From the NCBI RefSeq assembly GCF_009914755.1, contig NC_060927.1: 64,000 nt of DNA. The stretch is one strand, 5' to 3'. Shown here piece after piece: positions 44,001 to 55,327 of the stretch. The stretch's first letter is position 1; each line of letters starts with the position of its first letter. The stretch comes from the human T2T-CHM13v2.0 reference genome, Homo sapiens. A program made the position numbers and the translations under genes. Under the pieces are notes generated by a model. That model made no database searches, was not told where the DNA came from, and saw only the letters and a program-made list of their open reading frames with translations.

Positions 44001-47000
44001 GCTGACCTCGCACAGTCCTTGGGCTCCAGTGACTTCACTCAGTGTTTATCTTACATGAGTGAGTGAATGGTGTTTGCTGTTTTTTTGGCAAAGGTCCCAG
44101 GGGTTGTCGGGTACACAGGTCCTGTCTTTGGCCATAAGCAAACTGAAATGAGGCTTGGTCTCCTTCCCAGGATCCCACACCATGCCTCACATGGTAGACC
44201 CCAGCGGGAAGTATGTGACTGCCTGACTCAGGTGCCTCTCGTGGTCCAAGCCATCCCTGCCCTGTCCCTTCCCTGGTTGTCGCCAGACCTGGAGCCCCTG
44301 CTCCTTCACTTTGCAGCCTCCTCTTCTGTCACCAACTGGGAACCCACCTCTTCCTGAAAGTCCTCCCCCACTGACTCACCGGCTTGCCCCAAGCTTGTCA
44401 AGAATGTCCCAGTAACCAGGGGACACACACTGAAGTGACTGAGGGGTTACCTTGGAGTTGATGCCTTGGCTCAGATCCAGCTCCCCTGTTTTCTTCCTCT
44501 GTAACCTTGGGCAACCCAACCCCTCTAAGCCTCGGTGTTCTCATTTGTGAAGTTGTGGTAATAATGGTAGCTTCCTGGTAGAATTATTGTAAATATTAAA
44601 TTAATCAAAACATGCAAAGGAATGGAACAGTGCCTGGCACCTAGGAAGCCTTCAGGAAATGCTGTCTCTTCCCTGTTGATAATCTTGACCCGTACACTGC
44701 CTTTGGTTGCCATTCATGAACCTGCCACCAATAGTAACAAAGTGCTGGATGCACCTTTTGTGCTTATCTTTGTGCTAAATGTGCCTGAGGGACGCCTAGG
44801 GAAGAGGATGCAGGTCTTTAAGAGCCATCAGCTCCAGATTATGGCCACCCCATGTCCAGCACTTAGAATGGAGGCCAAAACCATTCCCTCGGAAATTGTG
44901 TTTCCTTGCCAAGATGGGGACTGCGTGGTTGCCCTTCTCTGAGGGCAGCGCTGGATTTTTGGCATCTTTCCTTTCCTGTCCTGGTACTTGGCACCTTGTA
45001 GACAGTTGCATGTCCCCTGCCCAGGGATGGGATGAGGAGAGGGCAGGAAGGCATTTCCTGGGTAGTGGAGTGCTGCGTTCATTGAGTGTGGGTTCTCCAA
45101 GCTGCTGGCACAGCGCAGGGAGGGCCAGATGCCTCTCAGGAGCCTTGGGCCTGAGTCCTGGCTCCCTCACTCCTGGGTTCCAGGTCAATGCATCTGTCTC
45201 TCCACCATGTGCTCCACCTCGTGCTGGACCTTAAGAGATACCAATTATGTGGCTGACACTGTGTCCTAGAGGCTGGAATGGGAACACATAGGGCGAGATT
45301 GATTGTTAATTGCTAGCATGAACCGCGTGGGCTTCTCAGGGTCTAGAGTGGAGAGAAATCGGTAAGAATTGGTGGCACGCCTGTCAGAACTCCCCAAACC
45401 AAGCTAAGCAGAAATTAACCAATCAGTAGAGCAGCCTTCGGAGTAAGGGCTAAAATGATGTCCTCAGGGCCTGGTTTTGCTTTTCTTCCATGTCAGTTTG
45501 CTTCTTTGGGTCTGGCTGCATTCCCAGACAGGCCATGCTGTCGTGGTAGCAAGGTGACACGACACAGGGTCAGGTCCAGCAGGAAAGAATGCTCTCCTGT
45601 GTCCCCACTTCCTCCAGAAGCCACACTCACCCATCCCACCTGGCTTGGTCCTCATGTCTATCCCAGAATCCATTAATGGGGCCAGGGGACTATGGCACAA
45701 CCACTTGGCTTAGACTGAGGAGCTCTGTGGGCAGCCCCACCTGAAGCTCTGGGACTAAGCCTGCGAGAGAGATGGATTCCCCAAGGGAAATGGGGCCATT
45801 GCTTGAGTAAAAAGGAAATAGTTGCTGAAGAGTAAAACCACTTGCTTACTCCACATAGGGCAGACTCCTGGAAGAGGGGGGCAGGGTAGGGAGGTGGATA
45901 TGCAGGTTGCCCTGGTGGGGTCTGGAAATGGGGGCTGCAGGCTTGGAGGGAGGCCTCAGTGTGGCTTGGAACGTGGTGTATGGTGGTCTGCCGCGAAGGC
46001 CGGCCTGCACAGGGGTGGGAGGGGGGAGCTTCTGCATGGGAAGCACAGACAGCGCTGCCTCTCCCTTGCACTCAGCTCTCGGGGCATGAGAGGCTGACTT
46101 TCCGTGAGCCTGTGGGCCAGGCCTCTTTGAATGGGGCTGAGGGAGCTTTGCCCTGGTTCCTTTGTGTCCCCACGGTGCCACGGGAGGCTCCCTGGCAGGG
46201 TGTGGGGCAAGGCAGTGAGTGAAGAGTTGGGATGAGTGAGTTAGGGCCCACGGATTACTCAAGACAGGACTTCACGTTGATTCAGGAGCGTTAGGGAGCT
46301 GTGATTGGATTTTGAGCAGGGCAGGGATGGGACAGAAGAGTTTGGGGAAGGTTCCTCAGGCATCCGTCACGGAAGGGATAAGAAGGGAGAGAGAGTGGAT
46401 GCCGGGGACACCCAGAAGCTGTTATTGTAGTCAGGATGGGACAGGGGTGAGGCTACAGACAGGGGACTTGCAAGCAGGGAGGGCAGGGTGAGACATTCAG
46501 AGGAAACGACGACAGGAAATGGTGACAGATAGGGAACGAGGATGAAGGGAAGGGAGAACCAGTGACGACTGGCAGTGGAGTGGGGAGCACCGCCACCTCT
46601 CCTCCTCCACTTGCCCCCTCCTGTGGCACTGGACAAGCGAGTGGGCTTTTCGTTGTCCGTGGGCTTTTTTGTTGGGGATGTGACCAGCTTTGAACCCTTC
46701 CCCTTAAACATGCTCCTCCTGCACGGAAGAGACAGGGGCAGGGGAGAGACTCTCTCCCCACCACCCCATCTCAGGCCCCAGCACAGCCCGGCCTCTGGCC
46801 TCACTGGCGTCTGTGCCCAGTGACGCAGGCAGGTGAGCTCCTGGCAAATTAGCATTCCAGGCCGTGCTCTCTCCTCCTGCTCTGCTGCAGCCGGGAGTGT
46901 GCAGAGACTGGAGGGGATGACAGTCACCTCCCAGGCTGTCTTCAGCTGTGCCCTCCAGCCCCTCCCTGTCCCCTCTTTCTGCCCCTCCAGCTGCTGCTCC

Positions 47001-49179
47001 CTCTTCACCTGGGAGAAGCCAGGCCCCCAAAATAACTTGCCAGATATGTCACCTGCTTCCCATGACGTAGATGACAAGGCAGAAGGGAGTTGGGATGGCA
47101 CGGGGAAGAGGAAGGAACAGACTCTGTGTGTGGAAGTTTGGATGCTGTCATCTGCCATTGCCCGTCAGCCCCTGCCCAACCTCTTCCCCCAAGAGGCAGT
47201 GCCACTGCCCAGCACCTTCCCCCTGGGAAGGGTGATTTTCTCTGCGAAGCTCTTGGTCCTTTCCTCCATCTCTTTGTCCTTTTCCCCACCTCTTCCTTTC
47301 TTCTCCCCTTCCTCCTTTCCCCTTTCCCCTTGTCCTCGCTTCCTCCATCCTTCCTTCTCCCCTGTTCTCTCTACCGATTGGCACCTGGTGGCCCCGAAGG
47401 TTACACATTGCACTAGATCACTGCATAATTAGCAAGTCATTCTTAATTATCCCAGAGTGGAGAAGATAAAGGTGAAGGCAAGAGCCCAGGTTCAGCGTCT
47501 GCTTCCCTGGGGTCATGACAGAGGCAGGGGAGGAGAAGCAGTGAATGTGAATCTGGGTCAGGAGTGGGTGCTCCCTGCTTCTTCCTCCCCAGCAGCCTCT
47601 AGGGGGACTGGTGTGCTGATGTTGATGGGCCATGATCAGCTCCTTCTCACCTTCACAGTAATCCCATGATGGAGAAGGGACCATTCCTGTTTTTCAGTGG
47701 AAGAAGCTGAGGCAAAGACCAGTTAGTGACCTCCCCAGGGTCACACTGCTGCTAAACAGATGTGAAACCCAGGCCTGTGGGATGTTGTGGTTATTGATAT
47801 TCATTTCTTACTTCCCCAGGAGCCCTGAGTCCCTTTGAATGTGGATGTGTGTCGTCTGATTCGTCTTTGACTCCCACGGCCCCAGCATGTGCTCTACAAA
47901 TGGGATGCACTCTGGTTATTGAACAGTGAGGGGTGGAGGGGGGAGAAGGAAAGCAAGGGATGCTTGGAGATGGTCCTCTCCGGGGCAGATAGAGGAAGAT
48001 GGACCCTTAGTGAGACCACGCGCAGAACAGGCTGGGTGAGCCACTTCCGTCCCTGATGTCCACAGAGGCAGCTTCCTCTCTAGTGCTGGGTGAGCGTGCC
48101 ATAGGGTATGGCTTCAGCACTGAGCTTGTAAACTGACCTACCTTGAAGTAGGCCACCAAGCCAAGGGCGTCTGGACCAGGAATGACAAACAAATGGCACC
48201 ATTCCCCCACCCTCAGGGTGGACATTGTTCATCAACGGCCTGGCCCCAGTGAGGCCTAAGGGCCTTCCCGACACAGCCTTCCAGACCATCCTGCTAGTCC
48301 ATGGAGATAGCAGATACGCTGCAAGCTTTCTGATCCTGAGTCTGCACTTGTCCTCGGCACCATAGCCTGTGACCGTAAGAGAATAGACTGTCCGGGGGCT
48401 TTGTCAAGAAGCACGATGTTCCTTAGTCTCATGGGCTCTTGGCTAAGGAAAGAGTCCCAGGGTCATGTCTTCTACCTCCACCTTAGGCAGGATTCACCCT
48501 TGGGGCACCCCCGGAAGGCGCTTGTGAGCTGGAACCTAATTGCTCTGCAAAGTGATGCAGTTTATGGAATTTTTTTTTTTAACAGAACAGAGATCTGTTT
48601 CCTTGCAACTCTGCCCGCTATTCCTGATACAAGTTTACTCACTTCTCCACCTGACAGCCCTTTGGATATTTTGATATTCGAAGGGAATGATCATATTCTC
48701 AAAGTCTTCTGATCTTTAGCCAGAACATCCTTCAGTTATCTTCACATGTCGGGAGTTTCTCGCTCATCACCATCCTCATTACCCTTCTTGAGATGTTTGC
48801 TCATCTGTCACTTTCTGTTCAGCCAGCGGCTGTTACACATCAGGCCCCATCCCAGGTGCTAGAGACTTAGCAGTGAATGAGGCTGACTTCGCAGTCTGCA
48901 GGGGAGTTCAGAGTCCTCTTACTGTGTGGATCCAGTTTAAAGGGATGTGACTGTGGCTGAGACTGGTGCCTGGCATGGATTCGTTCATGAGTCCAGGGCT
49001 CTGTTTTCTGTGGTGGCTCCAAGAGAGTGCACGGTCCCTGCTGATTGAAAGAAGGATGAAGGGCAGAAGAGGGGTGGGGAGCTGTGTGCCCTAAGATCTC
49101 ATTGCCTTTTTATGCCGATTAACATGCTTTTAGCCCCTACTGAGCTTATAGTTAACAGAAGTTTCCAGGTCTTTCTTCA

Positions 49180-49790
49180 CCTGAACTGTGTCTAAAACAA
49201 GTTCCCTCCACCTTCTGTATTTATACGCTTGATTTTTAAAACCTAAATGTTGGGCTTCACATTTGTTCCCTGTAAATTTCATCTTGGTGATTGCAGTCTA
49301 CCCTCTGGCCTTTAAAAATTGTCTGAGCCTTGATTCGATCATGAAACCAGCTTACCCTTCCCCTGTGTGCTGGCCCCAGTTTTCTAACCAGGTGTTGAAT
49401 GAACTGGATGGACTCTGCCAGATCCCTCCGTGCAAGGCTGGAATCAGTCCATTGTTCAACTGTGCCCTTTGGGACTGTGGTTCATTTGGCTCTGATTTTT
49501 CCTATATGTTCTCTCCTCCAACCCCCATAGCTCCATCTTGTCTACAAGATTCTGTTAGAAGCCGTCAAAATCCGGCTGACTCGAGATGTGCTGTGGTGCA
49601 TGTTTTCCCCGGGCACAGCAGGCTAATAATCCTGTTACAAAGAGAAATGCTGTACATTTCGAGCAGTGCTGGCCCCTGGGACTCACTGCGGCCTTTTCTA
49701 AGTGCTTACAGACTCTCTGTTTAATAATCCATTCCAGAAATTTTCCAGGGCTCATTGTTGAGCTTGGTGTTCACAACTTTGAGTGATCAG
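49180..49790. mobile_element. Ancient CR1/L3 LINE remnant
   Basis: CACATTTGTTCCCTGTAAATTTCATCTTG and TTTAATAATCCATTCCAGAAATTTTCCAGG are typical antisense L3 RT remnants. Confidence 0.5.
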
Positions 49791-52300
49791 CCCTTCTCCT
49801 TTGTGGGAGCACCAGGACAGAGCAGCCTTTGTCCCTCCCCAGTCTCAGTTCCCTCCCACTGCCCCTGTGGACCTCGAATGCAGAGCTTATGCACCTACCG
49901 AAGGTCGTGTCAGCACCCAAGGCAGAACGAGGCTGCCCTGGGAACTAGGGTCAATTAAGACAGCTTGTGCTGGAGGACCCTTTACAGCAGATGAAGGCCT
50001 CTCCCCAGCCAGAAAAGATGGAGCACACGCTGGGTGGTGGCCCCGCTTCCTCACTGGAAGGAGATGGTGCTCTTCTTTTTTCTTTCTGAATTGTGGCCAC
50101 CTTCATACCAGTCTGTCATGGAACACTTAAGCCGCTTGAGTGCCTGCTGGTACTCCCAGCCCTGCCATGCCTGAGCCCCCTGCACACAAGGAGCCAGGAG
50201 TAATCAGGGCAGACCCATTAGGGCACGGGGACTCCTGGATTGTGAAATTGGCTCTCTGGGGGCCAAGGCCTTCTAACGTTGGTGGAAGTGGCTTTGGCTT
50301 ATTGGGTCCGGTTCTAGGCCATTCATTCCAACCTTTAGAGGCATGCCAGCTTTCCCTAGCCCAGAGTCTGCAGCCCCTCCACCATCCCACATCCTCCCCC
50401 TCCCTTTCCTCATGAACCCCAGTCGCGCCTCTGCCTTCTCATCCCTGCGCACCACACAGGCTCGCTCGTGCCCGGCGAGTGCTGAGGCTGCTCTGCACGT
50501 GGAGTGTGGCCCTGTGGGCATGGGCTGGGCTCTTGGAGGTAGGGGAGCTACAGGGGCGACTGGGAGGAGGATGTCGTGTTACACACGCATCAGAGTTAAC
50601 TTTGCAGTGAGAGCGGCCTTGCTGCGGCCAAAGAACATGGAAAAGCATGAGTGGGGTGATGTGCCTTAAAGCATCAGACACTTGGGCCTCGGGCATCAGG
50701 AGCCAGCCACAGGGATGTCTGGGGAAATGGCGTTCCATGAGACGCAAGCACACAAGAATGCACTTGGCACATCTGGGGAACAGCAGGCAGCCGATATCAC
50801 TGGGCCCACCCCGCACCAGGGAGGATGGAAGCAGGTGAGGAGCTAGACCACACTGAGGCGGTGGTCGGGACTCAGGGTTTGCTCAGTGAGCCGTTCACTA
50901 TGTGCAGGGGCAGTTCCCCGTCTGAATTTAGGTGACGACACTCAGGTCCAGCCTTGCCAGTCTCAGCCTCCGGTCTCCATTCCCCCTCTGCAGAGGCCAC
51001 TTTGTCTGCTGCACGTGATCATGAGGGGTTGTGAAGTGCTTGCCCCATCAGTAGCCATGTGTGCATGTGTAAATACCATCCTCTGTGTGCCCTGGAGGCT
51101 GTCCTTCAGATAGCAGGTACAGGTGGCAGCATAGGGCCTGTCCCTACTGAGAGTGCAGGGAACTCAGCACCGTCAACTCCTCGACCCTGCAGGTCAGATT
51201 ATCCTTGTAGAGGCCCCCTGGATGGCACCAAGATCGGCCCTGGCAAGCAGGTGACCCTGACTTCAGAGCCCTTGCCTGAGGGCCTGGCCTGGCAGCTCTG
51301 CTGTTAGAAGCAGGAGGTGTGCAGGGGGTGGGGAGCAGCCCAGCCTCTGTGATCTTCTCCATGGCAGGATCTCCCAGCAGGTAGAGCAGAGCCGGAGCCA
51401 GGTGCAGGCCATTGGAGAGAAGGTCTCCTTGGCCCAGGCCAAGATTGAGAAGATCAAGGGCAGCAAGAAGGCCATCAAGGTAGTCCCCATACCCCTGTGT
51501 CCTGAGACTTTTCCCCGTGCCTCTGAGGCCGCCCATTCTCTGCCCTGCTGCCCACCTGTACCTTGGGCTTTCTTCTCGCCCAGGCTTCCAACTCCACCCT
51601 CTCCTGCCAAGCAATCCTAGCCCTCTGAGCCTCTTAGGGCCCCCTCAGACTTGTCCCTGTGTCCACAGGTGTTCTCCAGTGCCAAGTACCCTGCTCCAGA
51701 GCACCTGCAGGAATATGGCTCCATCTTCACGGGCGCCCAGGACCCTGGCCTGCAGAGACGCTCCCGCCACAGGATCCAGAGCAAGCACCGCCCCCTGGAT
51801 GAGCGGGCCCTGCAGGTCTGCTGGCTGCGCACATAACTTAGCCTGTCACACACCAGGAGGACTGGATACTGGGGAGGAGCCGGGGCCACCATAGGGTTCT
51901 GTCCCCCAGAGGAGGCTGACTGGGATGGGGTGGCAGCTGATTAGGCCCAGCACCAAATATTCACCATCCCTTGGCCATCCTGGCCCTCCCAGGAGAAGCT
52001 GAAGGAATTTCCTGTGTGCGTGAGCACCAAGCCGGAGCCTGAGGACGATGCAGAAGAGGGACTTGGGGGTCTTCCCAGCAACATCAGCTCTGTCAGCTCC
52101 TTGCTGCTTTTCAACACCACCGAGAACCTGTATGGCCAGAGGGCAGGGCCGAGGGGTGTGGGCGGGAGGCCCGGCCTGGCTTAGTGGGGACCCAGGGCAT
52201 CAGACACAGGTACAGCACATAGGCCAGGAGCCAGGGGGTGACTGGGGTGGCTCGGCTTGGGAGGCCTGGGACCCCACAGTGCACGCTGTGCCCCTGATGA

Positions 52301-52368
52301 TGTGGGAGAGGAACATGGGCTCAGGACAGCGGGTGTCATCTTGCCTGACCCCCATGTCGCCTCTGTAG
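52301..52368 (+). ncRNA. MIR6859: MIR6859 precursor (5'-tailed mirtron at the 3' end of WASH intron 5)
   Basis: 68 nt TGTGGGAGAGGAACATGGGCTCAGGACA...TGACCCCCATGTCGCCTCTGTAG ending exactly at the splice acceptor; arms GAGG/CATGGG/TCAGG pair with CCTGA/CCCATG/CCTC. Confidence 0.92.
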
Positions 52369-55327
52369 GTAGAAGAAGTATGTCTTCCTGGACCCCCTGG
52401 CTGGTGCTGTAACAAAGACCCATGTGATGCTGGGGGCAGAGACAGAGGAGAAGCTGTTTGATGCCCCCTTGTCCATCAGCAAGAGAGAGCAGCTGGAACA
52501 GCAGGTGGGAGGGGCGGGACAGAGGTGGAGATAGGTGCAGTGGCCCAGGGCCTTGCCAGAGCTCCTCTCCAGTCAAGGCTGTTGGGCCCCTTATTCCACC
52601 CATGGGAGGTGCACACAAGGTCTTGTTGGCTGCCCCTGCAGGTCCCTGTCACCTCTCACATGTCCCTGCCTAATCTTGCAGGTCCCAGAGAACTACTTCT
52701 ATGTGCCAGACCTGGGCCAGGTGCCTGAGATTGATGTTCCATCCTACCTGCCTGACCTGCCCGGCATTGCCAACGACCTCATGTACATTGCCGACCTGGG
52801 CCCCGGCATTGCCCCCTCTGCCCCTGGCACCATTCCAGAACTGCCCACCTTCCACACTGAGGTAGCCGAGCCTCTCAAGGCAGGTGAGCTGGGTTCTGGG
52901 ATGGGAGCTGGGCCGGGGACCTCCCTGCTGACACACCTTCTTCCCTAGACACCCCACACTTTGTGTTTCAGACCTACAAGATGGGGTACTAACACCACCC
53001 CCACCGCCCCCACCACCACCCCCAGCTCCTGAGGTGCTGGCCAGTGCACCCCCACTCCCACCCTCAACCGCGGCCCCTGTAGGCCAAGGCGCCAGGCAGG
53101 ACGACAGCAGCAGCAGCACGTCTCCTTCAGGTGGGAGCAGCTCTTTGAGGCCACCTGATTTCTGGCGTGCTCAGTGCACTCGGGTGGATTTTCTGTGGGT
53201 TTGTTAAGTGGTCAGAAATTCTCAATTTTTTGAATAGTTTCCATTTCAAATATCTTGTTCTACTTGGTTCATAAAATAGTGGCTTTCAAACTGTAGAGCT
53301 CTGGACTTCTCACTTCTAGGGCAGAGGGAGCCTGAACAAGTGAGGCTCTGGGTTCCTCATTCCTAATTAAACCAATGGAAAGAAGGGGTCTAATAACAAA
53401 CTACAGCAACACATTTTTCATTTCAGCTTCACTGCTGTATCTCCCAGTGTAACCCTAGCATCCAGAAGTGGCACAAAACCCCTCTGCTGGCTCATGTGTG
53501 CAACTGAGACTGTCAGAGCATGGCTAGCTCAGGGGTCCAGCTCTGCAGGGTGGGGGCTAGAGAGGAAGCAGGGAGTATCTGCACACAGGATGCCCGCGCT
53601 CAGGTGGTTGCAGAAGTCAGTGCCCAGGCCCCACACAGTCTCCAAAGGTCCGGCCTCCCCAGCGCGGGGCTCCTCGTTTGAGGGGAGGTGACTTCCCTCC
53701 CAGCAGGCTCTTGGACACAGTAAGCTTCCCCAGCCCTGCCTGAGCAGCCTTTCCTCCTTGCCCTGTTCCCCACCTCCCGGCTCCAGTCCAGGGAGCTCCC
53801 AGGGAAGTGGTCGACCCCTCCGGTGGCTGGGCCACTCTGCTAGAGTCCATCCGCCAAGCTGGGGGCATCGGCAAGGCCAAGCTGCGCAGCATGAAGGAGC
53901 GAAAGCTGGAGAAGAAGAAGCAGAAGGAGCAGGAGCAAGGTGAGCGGGCCCTGGAGCCTGCAGTCGGAGGGCCTTGGGCAAGATCGCCTCCTCCCCTCCA
54001 GCCCTGAGTCCACCGGGTGCTTTCTGCCCACCCCCTGCTCTTGCCAGCTGGCCCCTGCTTCCCCTAGGGCACATGCTGGAAGCCCTGGGCCGCCACCAGA
54101 GGTCCTCAGCCCTCCTGCCTGGGCTATGGCTCCTTCCTGGTTTGGGAGCCATAGTGGAGCTTTCCTCTCTAAGCTCACCCAGCTCAAACTGTGACAGGAG
54201 AATCTTCTTCGACAGCCAAGAGCGGTCCAAGGCAATGGTCAGCCACTGCAGCCTCCTGAGATATTTTTAGAGACTGGACCTGAGGCCTCTGGAGGCTACT
54301 GATGATGCCTGTTGTGAACGCAGACACTGGTGTGATGCGATGCCTGCGCCTGCAGCGGCAGTGCCCTGGGCACTATGGTTTTGAGCTTGTACCCAGCGCT
54401 GCTTTTGCCTTGCTCTGTGACCCCAGGCAAGCTGCCTCACCTCTCTGGGCCAGTTTCCCCATCGTACAGTGGTGCTGCACACCCTGGCCCTGGCCCCGAG
54501 GTGGCTGGGAGGTGGCTCCTCAAACAGCCGCTTTCTCATCAGTGCCTGGTGCTGGGTCAGGGATCGACTGAGGCTCTGAGCTAACTAGGAAACACAGTGG
54601 CCTTGGAGGGCTGGGGAGTGTCATGGGGGTGGGGACAGGGAGCCACCGGTCGCATGTGACTGAACTCTTCACCCCAGTCTGTGGCTTTCCCGTTGCAGTG
54701 AGAGCCACGAGCCAAGGTGGGCACTTGATGTCGGATCTCTTCAACAAGCTGGTCATGAGGCACAAGGGTAGGAGGCAGGGCCGCTGCCCGCCCTGGGCCG
54801 GCACCTTGTAATTCTGTCCTGCCTTTTTCTTCCTGTATTTAAGTCTCTGGGGGCTGGGGGAACCAGGGTTTCCCACCAACCACCCTCACTCAGCCTTTTC
54901 CCTCCAGGCATCTCTGGGAAAGGACCTGGGGCTGGTGAGGGGCCCGGAGGAGCCTTTGCCCGCGTGTCAGACTCCATCCCTCCTCTGCCGCCACCGCAGC
55001 AGCCACAGGTAGATGAGGACAAGGACGACTGGGAATCCTAGGGGGCTCCATGACACCTTCCCCCCCAGACCCAGACTTGGGCCGTTGCTCTGACATGGAC
55101 ACAGCCAGGACAAGCTGCTCAGACCTGCTTCCCTGGGAGGGGGTGACGGAACCAGCACTGTGTGGAGACCAGCTTCAAGGAGCGGAAGGCTGGCTTGAGG
55201 CCACACAGCTGGGGCGGGGACTTCTGTCTGCCTGTGCTCCATGGGGGGACGGCTCCACCCAGCCTGCGCCACTGTGTTCTTAAGAGGCTTCCAGAGAAAA
55301 CGGCACACCAATCAATAAAGAACTGAG

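Noticed and set aside
46367-47432. 263-aa and 199-aa ORFs in WASH intron 2
   Set aside because: No homology recognised, biased composition, intronic GC-rich sequence.
52126-52378. Apparent rescue of the WASH frame by shifting both splice sites 4 nt (CT+GTAT joined to AAGAAG gives L-Y-K-K)
   Set aside because: Would need a GG donor at 52134-52135, which is non-canonical; likely to arise only as an alignment artefact.
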